64,000 bases of DNA from Candidatus Omnitrophota bacterium. GTDB taxonomy: Bacteria > Omnitrophota > Gorgyraeia > 2-01-FULL-45-10. Positions 38,450-47,808 of this stretch are shown here, piece by piece; position 1 is the stretch's first letter; the number at the start of each line of letters is the position of its first letter. The notes beneath the pieces were generated by a model. The model ran no database searches, had not been told where the DNA came from, and worked only from the letters and a program-made list of their open reading frames with translations. Location of the stretch: assembly GCA_016929115.1 (NCBI GenBank), contig JAFGJL010000010.1, positions 331 through 64,330 of the forward strand, read 5' to 3'. The translations under genes and the position numbers were made by a program.

Positions 38450-39307
38450 CTATTTTTTCAGTTTCTTCCTTATATCTTTCTCGCTCGGCATGATCCGTTT
38501 CTCGCCGTCTCCCATGATCGCGTCTATATCCCTTATTCTTTTCCTGAGCATATCCATCGCCGCAACCTCAAGGCTCGCGGCGTGGTCGGTCCCCCACATG
38601 CCGTGGTTCAGCGTTATGTGGCGCTCGATGATCTTCGCCCCCAGCACCGACGCGTAGACGGTCGGCTCAACGTTATACTCGTGGCCGCTGTATCCGATGA
38701 CGCAGCCGTAACGTTTTTTGAGGGTCTTTACGCAGTTGATGTTCAGCTCTTCTTTCGGTGTCGGATAGCTGGAATTCGTGTGCATGAGGGCAAAATCCGA
38801 CGCGTACCTTTTCAATACATCCACGAGGTCATCCACTTCCTTCATCGAGCTCATCCCGGTGGACGCTATTATCGGCACCCCGGTCTTGGCGGCGGTCTCT
38901 ATCAGTTTCAAGTCCGATATCTTGGCGGAAGGTATCTTGATGAACGGCATTTTATAGCCCAGGCTGAACCGGAGGCTGTCCATGTCCCAAACGGACGCGG
39001 TCCAGTCGATCGGCTTCTCCCTGCAGTACTTATCTATGTAATCGTATTCTTCCCTGCCGAATTCTATCTTCTTCTTGTATTCAAGATATGTCATCCTGCC
39101 CCAAGGGGTATCCCTCAAGACCTTCTTCTGCTTTTCAGGGATGCATTTATCCGGATTCCTCTTCTGGAATTTGGCGCAGTTCCAATGGCATGCGAAGACC
39201 GCGTCGATCAGCCTTTTGGCGATATTCAGGTCGCCGTTATGATTTATCCCTATTTCCCCTATAAGGTAAATACCGTCGATATCCTTGAAACGCATCATAT
39301 CGCTCAC
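38450..39307 (-). CDS. neuB: NeuB-family ulosonate synthase, short form without SAF domain
   Basis: IGEIGINHNGD, KFQKR, ASTGMS, HTNSSYP, GYSGHE, ERHITL, GTDHAASLE; 285 aa. Confidence 0.9.
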   Translation of the reverse strand: MSDMMRFKDIDGIYLIGEIGINHNGDLNIAKRLIDAVFACHWNCAKFQKRNPDKCIPEKQKKVLRDTPWGRMTYLEYKKKIEFGREEYDYIDKYCREKPIDWTASVWDMDSLRFSLGYKMPFIKIPSAKISDLKLIETAAKTGVPIIASTGMSSMKEVDDLVDVLKRYASDFALMHTNSSYPTPKEELNINCVKTLKKRYGCVIGYSGHEYNVEPTVYASVLGAKIIERHITLNHGMWGTDHAASLEVAAMDMLRKRIRDIDAIMGDGEKRIMPSEKDIRKKLKK

Positions 39308-39312
39308 CTCTT

Positions 39313-39987
39313 TTATTTCGATTTGAAGAACCGGCCTATTTTTTGGGCTTCCTTGAAATCTTTCTCGCTGTCTATGTCTACCGAAGAGAATACGCCATCC
39401 TGCTTATATAATCTTGCGGCCTTGCCGTACCAAGAATTATGGCCGCGGAAGTGGCCCACGTTGACGGCGTAAAACATGCCGTTCTCGACCGTATATTCAA
39501 AGCCGAAATCATCCGTGCCGCGGCGCTTGCCTTCTGTTTTGAACAAAGGCCTGCTTGACCTCCAAACGAACGGACTGACGCTGAAGCACGAGATAACGGC
39601 GTCCGGGCCGTCTTTTTCTATGATCTTCGCTATAGAACGGTAGTCCTCCTTCGTCCTGAAAGGCGACGTCGGGTTCAGCAACCAGAGATAATCTTTACCG
39701 GACATCCCGTATCGGCGGATCAAAAGCTGCATAAGGTCCTTGATGCATGCCCTCTTCGTCGCAAGCCTCTTCTCCCTAAGGTGTTTCACGGCTCCGGCCG
39801 GTGGCCTGTAGGCAATCCTGTCGGTAGATACTATCACCTTGTCGAAAATGCCGTCCGGTATCGTTGCCAACGTAAAATCGACCAGGCATTTCCCGCCCAA
39901 AAAGGAGCGCCAGTTCTTGTCCCTACACCGGCTCGAATTGTTCTTGGCCGGGACCAGTCCGTAATGTCTTATATTATTTCTCTTCAT
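39313..39987 (-). CDS. neuA: Acylneuraminate cytidylyltransferase (NeuA/KdsB family), divergent
   Basis: VPAKNNSSRCRDKN, VSTD, LLNPTSPFR, ENG.FY, SVDIDSEKDF. Confidence 0.8.
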   Translation of the reverse strand: MKRNNIRHYGLVPAKNNSSRCRDKNWRSFLGGKCLVDFTLATIPDGIFDKVIVSTDRIAYRPPAGAVKHLREKRLATKRACIKDLMQLLIRRYGMSGKDYLWLLNPTSPFRTKEDYRSIAKIIEKDGPDAVISCFSVSPFVWRSSRPLFKTEGKRRGTDDFGFEYTVENGMFYAVNVGHFRGHNSWYGKAARLYKQDGVFSSVDIDSEKDFKEAQKIGRFFKSK

Positions 39988-41320
39988 TTAGGAGTTTCTC
40001 TTTTATGAGTTTACCCACTATCGCCTCATCCTTCAGCCCGAAATCGGCAGGCGAAAACGTTCCGCCTTTTTTGTGCCAGGCCTCCAGTATGAGGGCGATA
40101 TCATCCTTAACGCATAATATCTCGGAGCCAAAACGGTCTATCATGTAAAAACCATCTTCCTTCCTGAACCTCAAGTTGGACGGGACTGAGCATTTCAGGC
40201 CGGAAAGCTTCACTGTCGGCTCTTTTTCGGCCACCCGGCCTTTCGGTTTGACGGGCCACCCTATCCTGAGTATATCAGCCGAAGACATCCTACCGGCATA
40301 GGCCAGCGCGCACAGCCTGCAGCCTCCGTTGCATTCGTCGAACATCTCGCAGGCTTTGCACTCATCCGGGAAATATTCACCGGACCGCCACTTTTTCATG
40401 TTCGCCCATACGCCCTTTAATCCGGCTTCGAATATGTTGCCGTAGCTTTCCTTCTCGTGGACGCAGGCATGGGCGTCGCCATTCGCGTTCAGCGATATCA
40501 TCTTGTTCCCGGCGGGGCAGCCGTGAGAATAAAATTTCGCGTACCTTTTTTTATCGTCATCCCCTACGAGCAGGCACAGCGGGAACGGAACAAGCGTTCC
40601 GACCTGCATCGGGAAATCCTTCTCCACCCTCATCAACTCATCGATTATGCGGCGCGCTTCCTTCTGGTATATAAGGAACTCTTTCTGCTCGTTCACGTCC
40701 TTTGTAATGTGCGGGGTCACACGCGTCCCGAAGAATTTTTTGGCTCCGAGTTCCGAGGCGAGCTTCGCTGTCTCGTAAATATCGCCTATGTTCGTTTCGG
40801 ATATTATCATGTTTACGCTTATACGTATGCCGACCGAGACGGCGTTCTTTATGCCATCGACGATCTTGGCATAGGCGCCCTTCATCGATACGAGGTAATC
40901 GTTCCTCTCTGGGATGTGGGAATTCAGGGATGTCAGGACATGCTCCAGACCGGCCTCTTTGAGTTTCTTGAGCTTCCCGGCCGAATTCGCCACGGCGAGT
41001 GTGGAATTACAGGTAACACTGGCGCCGGCGCCCTTCGCCTTTTTTATGCCCTGCAGGAGCAACGGGCTGTTCAAAAGCGGCTCACCCCCCGTGAAGATCA
41101 CGTGCATGATGCCGTTCTTTATAAGTTCATCCAGTATCCTGTCGAGCTCGGCCTGCGACATGAAAACCGGTTTCGTCTTCTCCGGCCGCCAGAAGTTGTA
41201 ACAATGCCTGCAGCTGAAACAGCATGAAGATGTAAGCTCTATATGCACGGTTGTAGGCAATGAAAGCGTCATGTCGTTTTCCAAAGTGGCTATGGGGGTC
41301 TTGACTATTTTTTTCAGCAT
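39974..41320 (-). CDS. Radical SAM/SPASM protein (PqqE/MftC-like) with C-terminal extension
   Basis: CCFSCRHC, FTGGEPLL; CPAG..NGDAHAC..YGNI..CKACEMFDECNGGC; about 70-aa C-terminal domain. Confidence 0.88.
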   Translation of the reverse strand: MLKKIVKTPIATLENDMTLSLPTTVHIELTSSCCFSCRHCYNFWRPEKTKPVFMSQAELDRILDELIKNGIMHVIFTGGEPLLNSPLLLQGIKKAKGAGASVTCNSTLAVANSAGKLKKLKEAGLEHVLTSLNSHIPERNDYLVSMKGAYAKIVDGIKNAVSVGIRISVNMIISETNIGDIYETAKLASELGAKKFFGTRVTPHITKDVNEQKEFLIYQKEARRIIDELMRVEKDFPMQVGTLVPFPLCLLVGDDDKKRYAKFYSHGCPAGNKMISLNANGDAHACVHEKESYGNIFEAGLKGVWANMKKWRSGEYFPDECKACEMFDECNGGCRLCALAYAGRMSSADILRIGWPVKPKGRVAEKEPTVKLSGLKCSVPSNLRFRKEDGFYMIDRFGSEILCVKDDIALILEAWHKKGGTFSPADFGLKDEAIVGKLIKEKLLNEEK

Positions 41321-42663
41321 TATTTTTTCATCGCTCCTCTTGCTATTATATAAGCCGTCTTATTGTTAAGGGTGTCGGTCCGGAAAGATTCCTTCCCTGA
41401 AAGGCCGAAAAGATCCACGTTATCGAAGTGGCGTTTCATCATGGCGCTGAGACTGTTATATGTGAGGTTGCTTATATGGAAGGGGTTTTCTGTCTGGCCG
41501 GTTATATCTTCCGAGACCGGGCATGTCAGCCATACCTCGCCGCCGGGCTTCAGCCAGCTCTTGGCCCTCACGAGGAACTTTTCCGGTTCGGCAAGATGCT
41601 CTATCGTCTCGACGCTGATGATCTTGCTGTAAAGCTCTTTCGGGTCGAATGACTCCACCGGCGAGGCATCGAACCGTATATTGGGCCGCCCGTGATTGCG
41701 CCTGGCGTATTCGATCGTCTTCCGGTCGCCGTCCACACCGCGGACCGCAAGCGCCTTTGAAGCCAAAAGTTCACTGCCATAGCCGCTTCCACAAGCTATA
41801 TCAAGGACCGAATCACGCGGTTTCACATGCTTAAGGAAGAACCTGTAGCGCCCGAAATGCCTTTCGTAAGCGGCGGAATCGAAGGCGTTCCTTAATATGC
41901 CCATTTGCGGATCATCGTGTACATAGAAACGCTGGACATTGAACCTTCCTCTCTCGTTCCAGCTCACGCGCTTGTTTTTAAATGAGAGGGCCGCTTCAGC
42001 CATCGCGACATCATACTGGGTCTCTATGTCGACCCCCGACACTTCGTCCATTTCGAAGCCATAGGACTTCCCGGACATAAGCAGGCCGTTTAACCCGTCT
42101 ATCTGCTTAGGCCTGATAAGCCATATGGCGCGATTCAACCTGTAAAGAGGCGGCTGGTCCTGGCGGTTGGTATATTTAAAGGCGCCTTTGACCAGCGGCC
42201 TGGCCCTCTTACTGCCGTCCAGCGATAATCCTCCAAAAGGATGTGTGCGAAGCCGCGTGACACCCGCCACGCTGTCAAAGCCCTTCAGTGACCGGGCGAA
42301 CTTTATCGCGTCTTCGACGTGTTTCGCGGTCCTGAACGGCGCGGTGGGAGAAAGTACCGCTACCATGTCCGGCCCTGGCCGACCCATATGGCTGAGAGCG
42401 TTCTTCACAGCGTCCTTTATAGGTGCGCCATCGCCGGCCAGGGGTTTTGGCCGCCTTATCAGTATCATGCCCCTGTGTCCTTTGTACTTTTTGAGAAGCT
42501 CCGCGTCATCCGTGGACAGATAGACGTTGCGTACTGATGGGGATCCGCAAGCCGCTTCGATCGTATATTCTATGAGAGGCTTATCGCCGATAAGGATCGT
42601 GCATTTCTTATACAACCCCTTACTGCCGCTGCGGGCCAATATGAGTGCGTCTGTCTTCATCAT
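41320..42663 (-). CDS. Fusion: NeuA-type cytidylyltransferase plus class I SAM methyltransferase
   Basis: LARSGSKG, LSTDD, LSPTAPFR, NRQD, VDIET; then HFGRY, VLDIACGSGYG, ETIEH, NPFH. Confidence 0.85.
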   Translation of the reverse strand: MMKTDALILARSGSKGLYKKCTILIGDKPLIEYTIEAACGSPSVRNVYLSTDDAELLKKYKGHRGMILIRRPKPLAGDGAPIKDAVKNALSHMGRPGPDMVAVLSPTAPFRTAKHVEDAIKFARSLKGFDSVAGVTRLRTHPFGGLSLDGSKRARPLVKGAFKYTNRQDQPPLYRLNRAIWLIRPKQIDGLNGLLMSGKSYGFEMDEVSGVDIETQYDVAMAEAALSFKNKRVSWNERGRFNVQRFYVHDDPQMGILRNAFDSAAYERHFGRYRFFLKHVKPRDSVLDIACGSGYGSELLASKALAVRGVDGDRKTIEYARRNHGRPNIRFDASPVESFDPKELYSKIISVETIEHLAEPEKFLVRAKSWLKPGGEVWLTCPVSEDITGQTENPFHISNLTYNSLSAMMKRHFDNVDLFGLSGKESFRTDTLNNKTAYIIARGAMKK

Positions 42664-42670
42664 CTCCCCT

Positions 42671-43165
42671 TTATACCAGCTTGTCGGCCAACAATAACGC
42701 GGTCGAGGCGAGCGACTTAAGTTCCTCTATTTTCTTAAGCCTTTCCTCGTAGGTCTTTGCCAGCTTCTTCTCTTCATCGGTCCAATTCTCATCCGGCACC
42801 TTGATGATGTTCTTGAAGGAGTCTATCATGTCTGAGGTCTCTCCCATCCTCCTCTGGATAGCCTGCCTCACCTTTCTCAATATGACGCCTTTCACATCGA
42901 GGTTCGCCTCATAGTAGTCCTTCCGGGACCCCTTTACCCAAACGCTTCTTACGGCGTTCCAGTTCTCAAGCTCCCGGATATTGATGCTGACATTGCCCTT
43001 GCTTACCTTGAGCCTTTCGACTATCTCGTCCAGGGAAAGAGGCTTGTCGCTCAGATACAGCACGGCGTAGAGCTGGGCTATGAAACGGTTCAACCCGAAG
43101 CTGTCGCACAATTTCCCGATGCTTTCAATGAACTTGTCTTGGGCGGTCTCCAACTTGCTATTCAT
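42671..43165 (-). CDS. GbsR/OpcR-type MarR-family transcriptional regulator
   Basis: FGLNR..AQLYAVLY, PLSLDEI...L..SKGNVS..REL, GSRKDYY; start ATG 43165 after AGGGGG. Confidence 0.85.
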   Translation of the reverse strand: MNSKLETAQDKFIESIGKLCDSFGLNRFIAQLYAVLYLSDKPLSLDEIVERLKVSKGNVSINIRELENWNAVRSVWVKGSRKDYYEANLDVKGVILRKVRQAIQRRMGETSDMIDSFKNIIKVPDENWTDEEKKLAKTYEERLKKIEELKSLASTALLLADKLV

Positions 43166-43181
43166 CTGCATCCCCCTTTGA

Positions 43182-43673
43182 TTATCTCCTGTTGCGCTTT
43201 CGATCCTCATCTGTTTTGACATAATATAAAAGCTCCCTTAAAACGCCCTCGCCGCCGGTTGTATTCAGGACGATCTTTGCTACAGCCTTTGCTTCCTTGC
43301 AGGCGTTAGCGGGACATACGGGATGCCCCACGATCCGCATCGCTTCAAGATCGTTAAGGTCGTTACCCACATAGACCACGTCCTTCAGGGGTATATTCGT
43401 GTCGCGGCAATATATTTTCAAGGCCTCGCACTTATCCGGCACATCCTGCAATACGGGTATATCGAGCTTTTTCGCTCTTTCAGCGACCACCTTGTTTCTT
43501 TCTGTGGAGAGGATCATCTGGGGTATTCCGCGGCGCTTAAAGACGCCCACCGCCAGCCCGTCAGAACGGTTGACGGTGACGCTCTCCAGGCCGTCCTCCC
43601 TCAGGATGATCTTATTATCCGTCATCACTCCGTCAAAATCGTATACTATGAGTTTTATGTTCCTCACCAGCAT
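43182..43673 (-). CDS. KdsC-like HAD phosphatase (ulosonate-phosphate phosphatase)
   Basis: YDFDGVMTD, RSDG, ILSTE, YVGNDLND, GGEGVLRE. Confidence 0.88.
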   Translation of the reverse strand: MLVRNIKLIVYDFDGVMTDNKIILREDGLESVTVNRSDGLAVGVFKRRGIPQMILSTERNKVVAERAKKLDIPVLQDVPDKCEALKIYCRDTNIPLKDVVYVGNDLNDLEAMRIVGHPVCPANACKEAKAVAKIVLNTTGGEGVLRELLYYVKTDEDRKRNRR

Positions 43674-44491
43674 GTCCTCCCGCCGTCTATCACGACATTT
43701 GCCCCGGTCATATAGGAAGAAGCGTCGCTGACCAGGAAGACGACCGCGGCTTCGTATTCATCGCTCTTGGCCATGCGTCCCATAGGTATCAGATCCGTAA
43801 GCTTGCTGACGAACCCGGCCGGTTGGTTCTTATAAACTCCACCGGGAGATATGGAATTCACCCGTATGTTCTTACTTGCCCAGTAGGTAGCGCAATATTT
43901 GGTAAGCCCTATAAGGCCGTGCTTGACCACAGAATAAGTGACGGGCTTAGCGGGTTGCCCGGTTTCCGGCAGCCCTTTTTTGCGGTATATCCTCTGATCA
44001 GGCGCTATGACGCCCAGATCCGAAGAAACGTTCAGCATGACCCCGCCGCCGTGTCCGGCAAAATAGGATCCCACGACCTGGCTGCAGATAAACGCTCCGG
44101 TGAGTCCGACGGAAATATCTTTTTCCCATGACTCAAGTCCGAAGTTCTCCAGTCTGCTTCCGGCAAGGCTATCGCTTTTTTCCACCTTCGGGTTATGGGC
44201 CGCGTTATTTATGAGTATATTGGCCTTTTTGAACCTGCGGATAACCGCCGAAAGCGCGTCCTTGACGCATTTCTGATCCCTGATATCCACGGCAAAACCT
44301 TCGCATCTGACGCCGCAGGATCTATTGATATCCTGGGCGGCTTTCTTCACGGCCTTTTCGTCTATATCCCATAACACCGGTATCCCGCCCGCTTCGCCTA
44401 CCGCCTTGGCGTGCCTGCGCCCTAAAAAGCCAGCGCCGCCCGTGATGATAGCCACTTTACCCCCGAGCCTGAATCTATCAAGTGTTTTCAT
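43664..44491 (-). CDS. Classical SDR oxidoreductase (PtmA-like)
   Basis: ITGGAGFLG, INNAA, YSVVK, RVNSISPGGV, YMTGANVVIDGG; probable start ATG 44491. Confidence 0.88.
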   Translation of the reverse strand: MKTLDRFRLGGKVAIITGGAGFLGRRHAKAVGEAGGIPVLWDIDEKAVKKAAQDINRSCGVRCEGFAVDIRDQKCVKDALSAVIRRFKKANILINNAAHNPKVEKSDSLAGSRLENFGLESWEKDISVGLTGAFICSQVVGSYFAGHGGGVMLNVSSDLGVIAPDQRIYRKKGLPETGQPAKPVTYSVVKHGLIGLTKYCATYWASKNIRVNSISPGGVYKNQPAGFVSKLTDLIPMGRMAKSDEYEAAVVFLVSDASSYMTGANVVIDGGRTCW

Positions 44492-44507
44492 GGTGATCCT
44501 TTTATCT

Positions 44508-45875
44508 TTAGGCCATCTCTTCAAAACACTCTTCGTAAACTCTCAGCCCTTCCACAAGCGCGCTTTCTGGTATCGTCAAGGGCGGGCCGAGTTTTATTGT
44601 CCCGCGCCCGGTGCATATCGAGAAGACGCCTTTTTCCATGGCCCGCTCAACGATGCGGTTCGTGAAGTCTATATCGAGCTCGTCAGAATTCTTCTTTGTG
44701 ACGAAGACGCCGAAGAGCATGCCCTTACCCAGGATACGGCCGATCCGGCCGGGAAACCGCTTTTTCAATCTGGCGAGCTCCCTGGTGATTACAGCTTCTT
44801 TCCGCTTCGATACGGCCACTAGATCGTCCTTTTCGAACGCCTCCAGATTGCCCAGTCCGGCCGCGCATACCAGCGGATGCCCGCCGTGCGTGCTGGTATA
44901 GGTCGGGTCAAGCTCGATCAGGCCGGCGCCTCCCAATACGGCCGAAAGCGGCAGGCTCGACGAGATCGCCTTACCGCAGATAACCATATCGGGCTCCACG
45001 CCGTAGTGCTCGTAGGCGAAAAATTTGCCCGTCCTGCCGAAACCCGCCTGTATCTCGTCAAATACCAGAAGCGACTTGTTCTCTTTGGACCACTTTCTCA
45101 TCGTCTTTATATAATCTACCGGATAGAAGACCGCTCCCCATCCCTGGAACGATTCGACAAAGAACGCGGCGATCTCGTTCAGTTTAACGCCGCCCTTTTC
45201 AAGGTCTTTCAAATGCTTAAAGAAGAGAGCTTCCCCCCTCAACCCGGATCTTTCCAATGCCCATGGATAAGGGAACGGCATATGAACCATGTTCGGGTCG
45301 AGGTAGCCTATCCATTTCTTTCCGTCATGCTGGCCGCCTGCCATCTGGGAGCCCATCGTCTTGCCGTGGAAATTCCCCTCTCCTCCGACGATAACTGCCT
45401 TCCGTGGCGTGAACTGCATGCCGTAGTACCGGGCCAGCTTTATCGCCCTCTCGCTGGCCTCTGTCCCGGAACTGAATAATGACGCCTTCTTCAGGTAAGA
45501 AGGCGTCATTGAAATGAGCTTTTCCAGGAATGCCGCCCTTATGGGGGTAGGATAAGAATAGCTATGGAGAAGCGGCTTGTCCAACTGCTCCTTGACGCGC
45601 TTTATTATACGGCTATTGCCGTGGCCGGCATTGGTAACAAAAATGGACGACGTGAAGTCTATCCATTTGTTCCCCCAGGAGTCAAAGACCTGGTATCCTT
45701 CGGCATGGTCCCATATCACAGGCAACTGGTCCATCACGTTGGAGGACTCGTACTTTTTGATCTTTTTCAGCAGTTTCAGCGACTGTGGCACCGGGATCTT
45801 AGTTTTGATGCAACGGTACTTTGTAAGCACTTTCGGAACGGCTCGCGGCGTCAGGTTGAACTTAAAACCACTCAT
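44508..45875 (-). CDS. Class III PLP aminotransferase
   Basis: DFTSSI...NAGH, SGTEA, FHGKT, FDEIQAGFGRTG, GKAISS, THGG. Confidence 0.9.
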   Translation of the reverse strand: MSGFKFNLTPRAVPKVLTKYRCIKTKIPVPQSLKLLKKIKKYESSNVMDQLPVIWDHAEGYQVFDSWGNKWIDFTSSIFVTNAGHGNSRIIKRVKEQLDKPLLHSYSYPTPIRAAFLEKLISMTPSYLKKASLFSSGTEASERAIKLARYYGMQFTPRKAVIVGGEGNFHGKTMGSQMAGGQHDGKKWIGYLDPNMVHMPFPYPWALERSGLRGEALFFKHLKDLEKGGVKLNEIAAFFVESFQGWGAVFYPVDYIKTMRKWSKENKSLLVFDEIQAGFGRTGKFFAYEHYGVEPDMVICGKAISSSLPLSAVLGGAGLIELDPTYTSTHGGHPLVCAAGLGNLEAFEKDDLVAVSKRKEAVITRELARLKKRFPGRIGRILGKGMLFGVFVTKKNSDELDIDFTNRIVERAMEKGVFSICTGRGTIKLGPPLTIPESALVEGLRVYEECFEEMA

Positions 45876-45920
45876 CTTTACACCTCTTTCTTTGATCTTA
45901 TCGTTGCCGAATATGCTGAA

Positions 45921-46976
45921 CTAACGACTCCTGGACATTTCCGGGACGTTCATCTCTCTTGTCGTAGGGACATAGCGCTTAGCTTGCTCAATATCCTTCC
46001 CGGATGACGTCAGGGTATACTTGACGGATAAGTATAGGGCGGAATCCATGACCTTTTCGCCCACACGTATCTCCTTTAAAATCAGGGCCCTGCCTCCGGC
46101 GATAACCCTGACATACCGGTCGTCCAATATAGTAACGATCTTGCCGTTACAAAAAGGATGGAATTCCTGCGAGACCGATGTGTCGATATAGCTGTCCAGG
46201 ATATGCACCTTTTGGCCGTTGTAATAGGTATAGGCTCCCGGATAAGGGACGCTGAACGCCCTTATGAACCGTTCGACCGAGTTGATATCCCAATCCCAGT
46301 TTATGATGCCGTTCTGCTCCGTATAAAGGCGCGGATAATAAAAGCTTTTGTTGTGGTCCTGGGGCCTGGCGGGAACGGGATCCTCCTTTAAAAGAATGTC
46401 GAGAAACCCGCTCAGGAGCTTCTTGCAATTGTCCACTTCCGCGATCAGGTAATCGACCGGCTTGGGGTGATCCTTTTTTATGGCGACGCGGCCCTGGAGG
46501 ATCACGTCTCCGCTGTCTATGCCCTCGTCGAGATAATGGACGGTGTCCCCTACCGTGTTGATGCCGTTCAGGATGCGCCAGGTATTCAACGCCCCTCCCC
46601 TTTCATCCGGCAGATACGAGTCATGGATATTGAAGATCTGCCCCTTGAAATAGTCGATTATCATCTTCTTTATGATATTGCGGCAGCTCGTCGAAAAGCC
46701 GATATTGCATTTATGCCCGGACAGGATCTCGATAGCTTCGTCGCAATTGACGTTCTCCATCTTGTAGATCCTGACCAACCCACGGCTGGCCAGGGACTCC
46801 ATGTCCCCGCAAAGCCCGTAAGGGGTCAGGAGCTTTTTATCCCTCATGTATTCTTCGTCCGGAGAGACGATCGCGACAGGCGGCGGGAATCCGCGCGCGT
46901 GCAATTCCTTGATCAGATGGTCTGTATAGACGATCCTGCCGAAAATGGCGAATTGAAAGTCCTTGGGCTGTTTCAC
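45921..46976 (-). CDS. Formyltransferase (Fmt/ArnA-like), probable sugar N-formyltransferase
   Basis: NIHDSYLPDERGG, GIDSGD, INWDW..IRAF..PYPGA; probable GTG start 46976. Confidence 0.8.
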   Translation of the reverse strand: MKQPKDFQFAIFGRIVYTDHLIKELHARGFPPPVAIVSPDEEYMRDKKLLTPYGLCGDMESLASRGLVRIYKMENVNCDEAIEILSGHKCNIGFSTSCRNIIKKMIIDYFKGQIFNIHDSYLPDERGGALNTWRILNGINTVGDTVHYLDEGIDSGDVILQGRVAIKKDHPKPVDYLIAEVDNCKKLLSGFLDILLKEDPVPARPQDHNKSFYYPRLYTEQNGIINWDWDINSVERFIRAFSVPYPGAYTYYNGQKVHILDSYIDTSVSQEFHPFCNGKIVTILDDRYVRVIAGGRALILKEIRVGEKVMDSALYLSVKYTLTSSGKDIEQAKRYVPTTREMNVPEMSRSR

Positions 46977-46992
46977 GTTTGCGTCCTTTGGG

Positions 46993-47796
46993 TTAAAGGC
47001 TCCACACACTGTTGGAGCCGACCGGTTCTTTCAAACGGGCCTCTCTTTTCAGGTTCTTGTAATTTGAGCAAAGATGATCATAGACGGGATGTTTCTGGTT
47101 CGCCAGAAAGAAGTTCAGCTTCCTGAAATCGTCCGGTCCGTCGACTTCGCCCGTGTCGGGAGTCATGAAGGCCAGCATCCTCGGTCCGTAACACGATCTA
47201 TAGCGCTTCAGGGTGTGCGTTTTGATGATATCGACATACCCGTTACCGAAATATGCGGGCGGGAAAGCCTGTCTGGGAAGCGTAAAATATTCCGGTCTGG
47301 GATCGAAGGGACACAGGCCCTGCAGATAACCGTCATGCATGCCGAACATCTTCCCTGGCGGCTCTTCGATCTCATGCACGGAAACGAGGCTGGTCGACTC
47401 CGGCCTGCTTTTTATGTACGAGACGGATTCGCTGAGCAGCGCCGGGTCACGAAGCGGGGTCGTGGGGCGTATCTGGACCCAGTATTCAGGCGCATAGTTC
47501 TCGTTCTGCTCAAACCAGCCCAGGGCATGCTCGATGACTTCCTTATCCGTTGAATTGTCCCTGGCGAATTCGGCCGGCCTCATAAAAGGCACTTCGGCAC
47601 CAAAAAGTTTCGCGATCTCCGCGATCTCTTCGCTATCCGTTGAAATGATGGTCCTTTCTATATTCTTGGCCAGCTTGCATGCAACCACTGAATACGCTAT
47701 TAAAGGAAAGCCACCGAGATCGCGTATATTCTTTTTGGGCACTCCCTTTGAGCCGCCGCGGGCTTGTATCAACGCGATCACATCGCTTTTTTTCAT
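46993..47796 (-). CDS. neuA: Acylneuraminate cytidylyltransferase
   Basis: IQARGGSKGVPKKN, ISTDS, PFMRP, RPTTPLR, PRQ, NGYVD. Confidence 0.9.
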   Translation of the reverse strand: MKKSDVIALIQARGGSKGVPKKNIRDLGGFPLIAYSVVACKLAKNIERTIISTDSEEIAEIAKLFGAEVPFMRPAEFARDNSTDKEVIEHALGWFEQNENYAPEYWVQIRPTTPLRDPALLSESVSYIKSRPESTSLVSVHEIEEPPGKMFGMHDGYLQGLCPFDPRPEYFTLPRQAFPPAYFGNGYVDIIKTHTLKRYRSCYGPRMLAFMTPDTGEVDGPDDFRKLNFFLANQKHPVYDHLCSNYKNLKREARLKEPVGSNSVWSL

Positions 47797-47808
47797 TGCT
47801 CTCTTCTC

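Noticed and set aside
43182-43673. Canonical Kdo pathway (kdsC)
   Set aside because: No kdsA or kdsD in the window; the partners are NeuB/NeuA type
45921-46976. Calling this methionyl-tRNA formyltransferase fmt
   Set aside because: Motifs are divergent (HDSYLPDERGG), there is no def/rsmB context and the neighbours are sugar-pathway genes
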